Part shown: positions 37,250-48,125 of the stretch, piece after piece | Numbering within the stretch: position 1 is the stretch's first letter | Layout of the letters: every line of letters starts with the position of its first letter | Source: the human T2T-CHM13v2.0 reference genome, Homo sapiens | Assembly (NCBI RefSeq): GCF_009914755.1 | Contig: NC_060930.1 | Strand: one strand, 5' to 3' | DNA length: 64,000 nucleotides | Position numbers and translations under genes: made by a program | The notes under the pieces: model-generated | The model's input: only the letters and a program-made list of their open reading frames with translations | Told to the model about the DNA's origin: nothing | Databases searched by the model: none

Positions 37250-38190
37250 CAATTTTTCCCAGAATGTGAGTCATAACCCACTTGTGGGTCAGCAGCTCAA
37301 TGTAGTGGGTCATGCCCAGCATTGAAACATAATGAAAGAGTAGAGAGCAGAATGAAATGGCACAGAAAAGAGAGTGTGCTGTGCAGGTAAGGGGTGAGTG
37401 CATGCATGTGGGTATTCTAGGGAACACTGGGCTCCGCAGGTAAGGGGTGGGTGCATGCATGCAGATATGCCAGGGAATATTGGGCTATGAAGGTAAGGGG
37501 TGAGTGCCTGCATGCGGGTATGCCAGGGAACACAGGACTGCGCAGGCAGTGGGGGTGGGTGCATGCGTGCAGGTATGCCAAGGAACACTGAGCTGCACAA
37601 GTAGGAGAGCTGAGTGCATGCATGCAGGTATGCCAGGGAACACAGGACTGTGCAGGCAGTGGGGTGGGGGTGCATGCGTGCCAGTATGCCAGGGAATACT
37701 GAGCTGCGCAGGTAGGAGAGCTGAGTGCACGCATGTGAGTATGCCAGGGAACACTGGGCTGCGTAGGTAGTGGGGGTGAGTGCATGCATGCCAGTATGCC
37801 AGGGAACACTGTGCTGTGCAGGTAGGAGGGGTGGGTGTATGCATGTGGGTATGCCACGGAACACTGGGCTGTTCAGATAAGGGATGAGTGCGTGCATGCG
37901 GGTATGCCAGGGAACACTGCTGTGCAGGTAGGAGAGCTGAGTGCATGCATGTGGGTATGCCACGGAACACTGGGTTGTTCAGATAAGGGATGAGTGCGTG
38001 CATGCGGGTATGCTAGGGAACACTGTGCTGCACAGGTAGGAGGGGTGGGTGCATGCATGTGGGTATACCAGGGAACACTGGGCTTCACAGGTAAGGGGTG
38101 AGTGCATGTGGGTATGCCAAGGAACACTAGGCCATGACGGGAATCCTATGTGTTACTGTAGGATATGGCCAAAAAACTTGAAAGTCACAT
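37250..38190 (+). mobile_element. MER112-like hAT-Charlie element with internally expanded minisatellite
   Basis: 5' gtgagtcataacccacttgtgggtc...tcaatgtagtgggtcatgcccagcatt...; 3' ttactgtaggatatggccaaaaaacttgaaagtcac. Confidence 0.65.
37374..38130 (+). repeat. Minisatellite, 14 diverged copies of a 49-56-bp unit
   Basis: GGAAYAY anchor at 37421, 37474, 37527, 37582, 37637, 37693, 37748, 37803, 37858, 37911, 37964, 38017, 38072, 38121. Confidence 0.96.
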
Positions 38191-38364
38191 ACCTAGAACA
38201 CATAACTTGAGGGTAAAATGAGAATAGCATCAAGCCAGGTAAGGCTGGAGATTCCCAACTGATGCCTCCCTGGTCATCTGAAGTCCCCCTGTCTTTTTCC
38301 TGGTTCATGAACCTCAGCCTTCAGGAAGCTGAGTCAACTCCCTCACAAAACCCTTTGCTCCCTG

Positions 38365-38530
38365 TCATTCAACAAACCAGCCAGAGAGTAAGAAAGTGCA
38401 TATTAATCTCACAAACATTTGTTGAGCTCCTACATGATGCCAGACCTTGGGTTCAGTGCTGAGGCACAGTGAGGAGTGGGGTGATAAGAGCTGTGCCCCA
38501 GGGAGTTTACATTCAAACACAGAAGCCAGT
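38365..38530 (-). mobile_element. L2 3' end fragment
   Basis: caaacatttgttgagctcctacatgatgccagacc...gccccagggagtttacattc. Confidence 0.65.
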
Positions 38531-39069
38531 GATAAGCTGACAGGTCCATGACCAGAATGCCAGGCTGGACAACATGCCAGAGGAAACGAAAGCAGGGCCG
38601 AGGAGACAGGGATGCTGTTTTGCATTGGGTGGCCATTTGGACTGCCTATTCATGCCCAGCCCTGTGGCAGGCAGAATGCAGGGAGCAAGTGTGTGAGGAT
38701 GACGGGGTTCTCGGCTTATAGAAGCATTGGGAAGACGAGACTCACACAGCAGTGATGAAGGAAAGGTGCACAAATCCCTAGGCCAATGCTGGAGGGGTGG
38801 GGGCACTAGAGATAGGGAGGGGAAGCCAGAATGTGCTCAGAAATCCTGTTTTGCAAGAAGAAAGGATAGAGCCAGGATAAATAGGAAGTGAGCTGGCATT
38901 CCAGGGGAGGGAGAGAGGTGAGACCATGGGGGAGAAGGCCAAAGGGAGCCTGGGGCAGGAGGGAACACAGAGTTGAGTTATCATGCACACCAGGGGAAAT
39001 AATGAGGGGAGACCTTGAGGGGGCACGAAGGTCAGATGGAGTTTACTCTTGGGCCAAAAATAACATGTA

Positions 39070-39435
39070 TGGGTCACCTACTGAGGAACTTTAGGGCCTG
39101 TGCTAAAAGTTCTACATGTGTTAGCTCATCTTCATCCACACAACTCTTGAAGTAGATGCTACATTTCACTGAATCTCAGATGCCTTTGATTAGAAGATGG
39201 ATGGTAATTTTTTGTATCCCTAAGAAAGAAATGTCACTGTTAAACTTGGACAGGTCATTGATTGCAGAATGCGTTTCAATTCTAGAGATGTTAAAATAAA
39301 CATCTTAGAATTGACAGAATGTGGCATTGTTATCCACGGGAAGTAGGGGCAGTGGGAGGGTAAGTAACTCTCTCTAAGTCACAAACTGGTAAGCAGCAAG
39401 GGGGTCTGAGCCCAGGCCACCCAGCTCTGGAGTGT
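39070..39435 (-). mobile_element. MIR interrupted by MER104
   Basis: cacctactg...ttagctcatcttcatccacacaactcttgaagtagatgcta[MER104]ttgttatcc...gagggtaagtaac...aagtcacaaactggtaag. Confidence 0.7.
39162..39324 (-). mobile_element. MER104 (TcMar-Tc2) DNA transposon, left arm of inverted repeat
   Basis: tttcactgaatctcagatgcc...ctaagaaagaaa...gatgttaaaataaacatcttagaattg. Confidence 0.8.
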
Positions 39436-40181
39436 GTGCTCTGTTTTGTCATGTGCCACCCTCTCTGTCTGGGAGACATTATGGCAAGAGGGAGGTGCTG
39501 CAAGTTTCTGAAAGGAGGCACGAGGGGTGTTCCAGGAAGCATGTGGGCCAAACTAGAGAGGGAGGAAGGGCAGGGCACCCCAAGGGGATGACAGTGAGAA
39601 CCAGGTGTGGGTGCCGATGGTGTGCCAGCTCCTGGCAGGTAGAGAGGGGACGTGAGGGAGAAGAAGGGGCACACAATTATTCAAAGTTCTAATATGATGA
39701 TTCTTTCCAGTCAGAGGCTGAGTTTTCTACAAAGGAGAAATGCAAGAGGTGTAGGTTTCAATTAATTGTAACTCTCTTCCTTGACCAAAGGATGCTCAGG
39801 TGGAAACAGAGAGAAAGAGGGAGGAACTAGGGAAAAGAAGGCTGAGGAAGAGGCAGGGAGGGTTTTGCAAAGATGAGCAAAGCCAGGCAGTGAATCACCG
39901 TGGGACACAGAACTCCTGAGGCTGAAAGCCAGACTTTTGGACGCTTAAAATCCAGATCATCCCCAACCCTGCCCAGGTTCCCAGGTTTTCTGTGCACACT
40001 GACCATAGTCTCCAACCCCCTTAAGGAGAACTGACGTGTCCCGCGCACTTGACTTAAGAGAGAGTAGCCAATGGATCATCTCTGTTCTTTCCTGAAAGAC
40101 CCAAGGCCTCCAGTCTCCCTTTGCCTGCATTTAGGGAGGTACTTACCCTCCCATTGCCCCCGCTTCCTGTGGATAACACTG

Positions 40182-40351
40182 CCACATTCTGTCAATTCTA
40201 AGATGTTTATTTTAACAACACTGGAACTGGAGTGAGTCTTTTAATCAATAACATGTCAAAGTTTAATTAGCAGCGATATTTCTTTCTTAGGGACACAGAA
40301 AAATATGGTCTATCTTCTAATCAAAGGCATCTTAGATTCAATGAAATACTG
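40182..40351 (+). mobile_element. MER104 DNA transposon, right arm of inverted repeat
   Basis: aattctaagatg...tgtcaaagtttaattagcagcgatatttctttcttag...ggcatcttagattcaatgaaatactg followed by TA. Confidence 0.85.
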
Positions 40352-41114
40352 TAGCACACACCTATTTCAGTATCTCAGACACACCCTGATTGCAGAGATT
40401 CTGTGCCCCCAGGCCAGGCCAAGCCAGTCTCTGTTTTTGCAGACACCTGGCAGGAGCCACATTTTGGGCCTGGTTTAGCCTAATGGATTCCCTCCTTGGC
40501 AGATGTGTACTCAGCCTCACTGAAAATAAACAGAACAGACCCTGGATTCCTCCTGGGGGCCCACCACAATGCACCATAGATCCCTGGATCCACTTTAGGA
40601 ACCATGCTGGGATAAGAAAAATCTACCAGGAGGGTGCCAGAGACACACGTCCTTTATGCTGAGCCCTTGGGGAGAGAAAATCACTGCCACTTTCTGAGCA
40701 GGAAGAAATCAACTCCAGCTAATATCCCCAGTGATGGGGAAACAGCCAGCCTGGGAGATGAGAGTGAAATATACAGAGAACCTCCAGGGCAGGATGGGGT
40801 TAGGGGCCTACAAAATTCAGTCTCCTATCTTCCAGCTCAGCCAAGGTGAGCCATGGCTTTTCTGTTTATAAACGTCAGGCCTGATGCTTGTAACAGGCAT
40901 TTCTTTAGCATGTCCTTAGTGGCTGGGGCTTGTCAACTGCTGGGACGCAGAGGTAGGGCCCAGAGCAAGTGCCCTAGAGAAGCCAGTATACTGGGGAGGC
41001 AGGGTGTGGCAGCTATAATTTGTCTGCAAGCTCGAGTGTTCAATAATTATTCATTTGAAGGAATATAGCAGAACAATTGAAGGAGCAGTTAACAATACGC
41101 CCTCATTTAACAAT

Positions 41115-41990
<876 letters not shown>

Positions 41991-42026
41991 GAGGCAGGTA
42001 TGGAAAAGCTCTGGAAAAATCCTGAA

Positions 42027-42727
42027 CAGCATTCCCAAGGAATGCTCTACAGGGTGTTCTGTCAATTCCTAAGAACTCCATGTGAAAGAAAGCGTTCCAT
42101 GCTCCAGATAGTTTTGACCCCCCACAACACAAACACACATGTATTTTATACATAGTGTATGTATGTAATACATATGTTATATGAGTTTTTTTTGTTTGTT
42201 TTGTTTTTTTCTAGACGGAATCTTGCTCTGTCGCCCAGGCTGGAATGCAGTAGTGCAATCTCAGCTCTCCGCAACCTCTGCCTCTCAAGTTCAAACAATT
42301 CTCCTGCCTCAGCCTCCTGAGTAGCTGGGATTACATGCGTGCACCACCACACCCAGCTAATTTTTGTATTTTTAGTAGAGACAGGGTTTTGCCATGTTGA
42401 CCAAGCTGATCTTGAACTCCTGACCTCAGGTGATCTGCCCGCCTTGGCCTCCCAAAGTGCTGAGATTACAGGTGTGAGCCACCACACCCAGCCATATGTT
42501 ACATGTGACTAGGTAAATCAGCATTGTTATGTGCCAAAGAAAGGTAAAGGATCTGAGAAGGTCTGCAGTAAAAATAAACTTTTGGCTTTTGACTTTTACA
42601 ATTTTCAAAATTTCTTGATTTAGCCAATTCCAAAATCACTTGACCATATAACCCTTCTCATTTCTCTCTCCCACCCTCATAATACCTATTAGCTTCCTGG
42701 AGAAGCAGCAGAGTGGGGAAAATGCTG
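42027..42727 (-). mobile_element. MER103C-like hAT-Charlie element interrupted by Alu
   Basis: Inverted termini cagcattccc...gggaaaatgctg; aaaggatctgagaaggtctgcagtaaa; cacttgaccatataaccc. Confidence 0.7.
42186..42493 (-). mobile_element. AluS (Sx-like) with 14-bp TSD
   Basis: Full dimer; TSD ATATGTTATATGAG (42172-42185) vs ATATGTTACATGTG (42494-42507). Confidence 0.97.
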
Positions 42728-43318
42728 TCAAACAGTTCCCATTTCTTAAAGTATATCTCTTTTTCCTTATGCAGCACCCCCTCTTATGCTGCCCCTGGCT
42801 GGAGACCCCATTTTTAGAACTTCTCAGCAGTAGCCACCACCCTGGGCCAGCCACCTGGGCAGCTCCCAGACTGCCTGGCCTGCAGCAGGTGAACGCAGCA
42901 GTCCTGGTCACTCTCTAGTGGGTTAGCATAATCCAGAACAGTGGATAATCTAAAAGCCATTTATTTTTGGCATGCTTTAGTGAGTTTATTTTTACTGTAG
43001 TCTTACTTTCCTAATTTGGCCTCACTCAGACACATGCTAAAATGAGTGTGCTTTTTCTGAACACACTCTGAGTAAAGGGGGGAAGGGGATCCAGAGGGAT
43101 GCTGAGGGAGGCTGGCAGGGGAATGTCATATATGTTGTGGCCAGCGTCTCCATCCTCAACTGCATGTTGAAAAGACCTCCAGATTGGAAACTGTGTGCTG
43201 ACCTGGTTCCTGAAAACAGCAGACCCAGGAAACAAAATGAGCAGAATACATGGTTCAGTGAGATTTGGTATAAAAAGCGTGAGCTTGAGGGTCACTCTGT
43301 TGGGGGTTTGAATCCCAG

Positions 43319-44063
<745 letters not shown>

Positions 44064-44789
44064 CCCCTTCAGGCTGGGTGACCTGGGAGCAGTGACTCAG
44101 CACAGTCTAAGCCTCAGTCTTCCCAATCATTAAAGAAGGGACATGACCCCAGCTCCCCTCCGTTCTGTTTAGGGTTCCAGATATCCCAACAGATGCCAAA
44201 TAAACACTGAGACTTTGTTATTCTCTGCAACAAAATCATTTATACCAAGTCAGGTCTGGACGGGTCACCAAGCAGACTTCACAGCAGACCATGACATCCA
44301 CAAGGAAACAGGAATGAGGATGCTGGGGGAGAGAAAGGATGCAGTTTTCAGCCATCTGAAGGCAGCTGGGGAAGGGTGGCCCACACGCCACTGTGAGAAG
44401 GTGAGAAGGGGTCACCTGATTTAATTTGCAGGAATCTCTAGTTGATGCCACCTGCTTTGCTAATTAGAAAATTACCTGCCAAATGGGTTCTCCCCCAGCA
44501 TCTGCCCACCAACTTGCTGGCAAAGTCCCACCTCCCTGACCTCATTCCCGCCACAGCTATCTCTCTCACACACCCCCTCCACACATGCACTGTTCCCACT
44601 CAAGTCTCCAGGTTCCTGGAAGATCATGGGGTGGCCAGGAGCAGCCAAGGATGAGTGGGTCCCCATTCTGAGCCTTGCTTGCTATGTCACCTTAGAAAAA
44701 CACCTCCCCTCTATGGAGCTCATTCTCATCTAAGAAAGGGGCAGAAAAAGACCCCAAGGCCAGGAAGGTCTCATCCTCATCTGGGCAGA

Positions 44790-44925
44790 GCTCTCCATTC
44801 CTTCCATAGCTATTTTTTATTGTGTGTCTACTATGAACTAGGCCCTGTTCTAGGTGCTTGGGATATACTGCTGAATGAAGCAGAAACAGTCCCTGCCTGC
44901 ATAGGGCTTACTTTCCCATTCTAGA
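44790..44925 (-). mobile_element. L2 3' end
   Basis: tctactatgaactaggccctgttctaggtgcttgggatatactgctgaatgaagcagaaacagtccctgcc. Confidence 0.75.
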
Positions 44926-45889
44926 AATCAGCACTTGCTGGAAAGAACAGCCCTCCTGTGGCAAAAGGACTAGATCACCCAAGGGTTCTGATGAGGTAAC
45001 TGGCTTCACTCTCCTCATCCCTAGCTGCAGTACGTTCCCCACCCCTACCCTCACCAAAGATTACCAAGTGCCTGAAATCCCAACCTACATCCATTCAATT
45101 TAATTAACACATGGTCTCCAAAAGACCTCTGTACCAAGTAGAAGGAACATTACCAGGGAGTGAGAACTACATTAGCCCTACCTTATGAGTATGGGGGATG
45201 AAGGTATGATTCCTAGGTGGAGGGCCAGGTCGTGCTGCAAGACACAGAAAGCACAAGATGGGGAAGCAAATCCTTCTTAAAATGCACACCTTTCCACTGG
45301 TCCCATCTCAGACTTTTCAGACAAAAATCATGCTGCTCCATTTAAGCTCGACTCTGGGCAAGCTGTAGAGTCTTTCTCTCTGATGTGGCCCCTGGACAAA
45401 GGCAGAGAAGTTCTTAAGCCTCCTTCAACTCACAGAGCCAGGCCTCCATGTGGATTATCCATTTCCCTGCTCGTTCATTTTGGAACCTTCATGCTAACCA
45501 GCATTCCCTGCCCCGATGCCTCCCTACCACCTGTGTATGTGCATTGCAGAAGGCAGGCTTATTTCAGTATCAGTCTGTGCAAAGCCTAATTAGGGGGGTT
45601 AATTAGCAGCCTCTCCTCGCACACCCACCCACCAGCAACACACACTTGATGGCATAGTGTGTACGTGGCAGAGCTGGGGAGAGAGTTTATGGGATTAACT
45701 GCCCTTTGGAATTAACTCCATTAGTACGGACAATTTGGCAATGACAACAGAGACTGAATCACTCAATCAAAGTTCACATGAGCTAAGAGGGGGTCCAAGG
45801 GCAGATCAGGCCTGTTTTCCTCCTGCTCCCCACCCACTTTCTCTGACTCCTCATCTCCCAGTTCACCCCCTTTCCAAGTAGAAGTAGTT

Positions 45890-46045
45890 GGTGAAGTATA
45901 AAACGCCCTGTGCATGGCTTGAACATCAGGAAACCTGGATGCTAGTCCCAGTCTGGTCTCTAATTTGCTGTGTGACCTTGGGTGAATGCCTAGCTCCCTC
46001 TGGGCCTCAGTTTCTTCACTGTCAAATAATAGGCTTCAATTAGAC
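45890..46045 (+). mobile_element. MIR/MIR3
   Basis: caggaaacctggatgctagtccc...ttgctgtgtgaccttggg...ctctgggcctcagtttcttcactgtcaaa. Confidence 0.8.
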
Positions 46046-46049
46046 AACA

Positions 46050-46365
46050 ATAAGAACCATTGTGGACACTTACTGTGTGCTATGAACTTGGCCCTGTACT
46101 AAGCATTTTTCATGTAACATCTTATTTAATCCTATGCTAATTTTATTCTGTTCCCTGCTCTCTCTCCAGCTGGTGACCAATAAATATTTGTTCAATGAGT
46201 TCTTCCAACACCTCTATGAAATAAATACTACTATGATCCCACTTTCCAGAGGGGAAAACTGAGGTATAGAGGATTAAGTAAGTTGCCAAGCTCACCCGGC
46301 TTAGTGAATGGTAGAGCCTGGATCTGAATTTGGGAGGTCTGGTTGCAGACCTGCATGCTCACCTC
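46050..46365 (-). mobile_element. MIR (with short internal insert)
   Basis: cacttactgtgtgc...cttatttaatcct...ggaaaactgaggtatagaggattaagtaagttgccaag...gtagagcctggatctgaa. Confidence 0.7.
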
Positions 46366-46569
46366 CTATGCTGCTCCCTCCTTGAAAATCTACTGACCAT
46401 AGATGTGAGTCAGAGCGGGGTCTTGGTCCTGTGCACTTCAGAGCATTGGCCCAGGGTAAGCACCTAGTAATGCCCCAGGAAAGCTGGCTAGCATCATTTC
46501 TAATGTCCTTACATTGATGGCTCCCACACAACCCCTCCTTGAGCCAGTACAGATCATTCAGGATACACT

Positions 46570-46915
46570 TAGTCATCCATTCATTGTCATTCAACCAATA
46601 CACATATTGAGTGCCTACTGTATTCCAAGCACTAGGGGCATGAAAATGAACAGGACATGGCTTCTGCCCTGGAAGGTTTACCATATTATAACAAACTGTG
46701 GTGCATGTTACCCAAGAGAAGTGAGGCTTGAACTGAGCCAGGGGAGCAGGCTCAGAAGCAAGTCGGTGAAGGTGGGTGGGCGAGGGGGTTCCAGGCAGAG
46801 GAAATGGAAGTGGAGAGTCTGGGGGCAGCAGAGAGCTCAGCACGTTCAGTGGGGGCTGAACTGAGCAGTGGGGAGAGAGAGGGCAGATCTGAGCATGACC
46901 AGGGCAAACCCCAGG
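46570..46915 (-). mobile_element. L2 3' part
   Basis: catccattcattgtcattcaacc...attgagtgcctactgtattccaagcactagg...ttccaggcagaggaaa. Confidence 0.75.
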
Positions 46916-47214
46916 GGTGCTAACCATAGGAGAACCACCCCTTCTGCAGGGGTCAGGGAAAGAGTTAGGGGACTCACTACCTGAGCCAGACACTGAACTC
47001 AGTGTTCACCATAGATTATCAGTTTTGTTCACAGCTGTGTTTTCAGTTTAGAACAGTGTCCAACACACAGCAGGTAATCAATACAATATGTGCTGAGGGA
47101 GTGAATGAATGATTCTAAATCTCATAACAACCCTTTAAAATCAAGAAAACTGAGCTTCAGAGAGGTGGAATGACTGGTCTATATTGATAAGCAGTGGGAC
47201 TGGGACTCAAACAC

Positions 47215-47604
47215 TGGTATGGTCCCAAATCTGCCCATCCAAACCTGTATTCACATTCTTTTCTATAAGACTTTGAAGTTCCTCCCGTGAGGGGCAGAGA
47301 ATACACCCCTTGACTTTGGATTTGACCATATGACTTGCATTGGCCAACAGAATAAAGTGGAAGTGATGTACAGTTCCAGGCTTCAGATTCAAGAGACCTC
47401 ATAGGGTCCTCTTGTCTTCTTGTGCCTCCACTATGGCCATGACAAGAATATGCGTGGCCCAGCCTGCTGGTCTCAGGGGTAAGATGACAGCCATGAGAGC
47501 AGAGCTATGTGCACAGCCTCTCCAGTCAAACCAGGCTCAGCATTGCTGCTTTCAGCCATTGAGTTTTAGTGTGGCTTATTACTCAGCAAGTGCTGACGAA
47601 TACA
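47215..47604 (+). mobile_element. MLT1 (G/H-like) MaLR solo LTR
   Basis: cccttgactttggatttgaccatatgacttgcattggccaacagaat...cagccattgagttttagtgtggcttattactcagcaa...gaataca. Confidence 0.75.
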
Positions 47605-47619
47605 ACAGGGATAGGAAAG

Positions 47620-48125
47620 GTGATGTGTAAAAGGTGCCCTGATAACAAACAGGGGAAGCAGGTGAGTCTATAGGGCAGGAAAGAAAGCGTTCCCAGAGAA
47701 GGAGGCATTTGAGCTGGGGATGAAATGATGAGTAAGATTTATCATTCATTCAATAAACTTGAAGTGTGCACATGCCATGTGCCAAGCACTATCCTAGGCA
47801 TTAGAATTGCTCAGAGGAGAAGGGGCATGGAAGGGCATTTCAGGCAGAGGGAACAGCATATACAAGAGCAGAGTGGTGCTGGGACAATGTGGCGTATATG
47901 GATATAAAGGGTGTGTAGGACAGAGTGCGTGATGAGGCTGCAAAGGTAGGCAGGGCCAGGGGAAGCAGTTCAGGCCTGACTCTGAGGTGACAGAGACCCC
48001 TTAAGGATTTTACGTAATCTAGTGATGAGACTCAGCTTTGGTTTTAGGCAGAATCCTCTGGCAACCATGAGAACTGTAGCAGGAAACAGGAAGCCCAGCC
48101 CGAGAGGAGATGATGCTGCAGTTCT
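47620..48125 (-). mobile_element. L2 fragments
   Basis: tcccagagaaggaggcatttgagctgg; gggcatttcaggcagagggaacagcat; gatgaggctgcaaaggtaggcagggcc. Confidence 0.7.

Noticed and set aside
37310-38127. Repetitive Cys/His-rich ORFs (146-217 aa) on the minus strand
   Set aside because: Open frames produced by the minisatellite in several frames at once; no zinc-finger spacing or gene context.
46301-46993. 230-aa ORF
   Set aside because: Spans L2 3' region and MIR sequence; chance frame.
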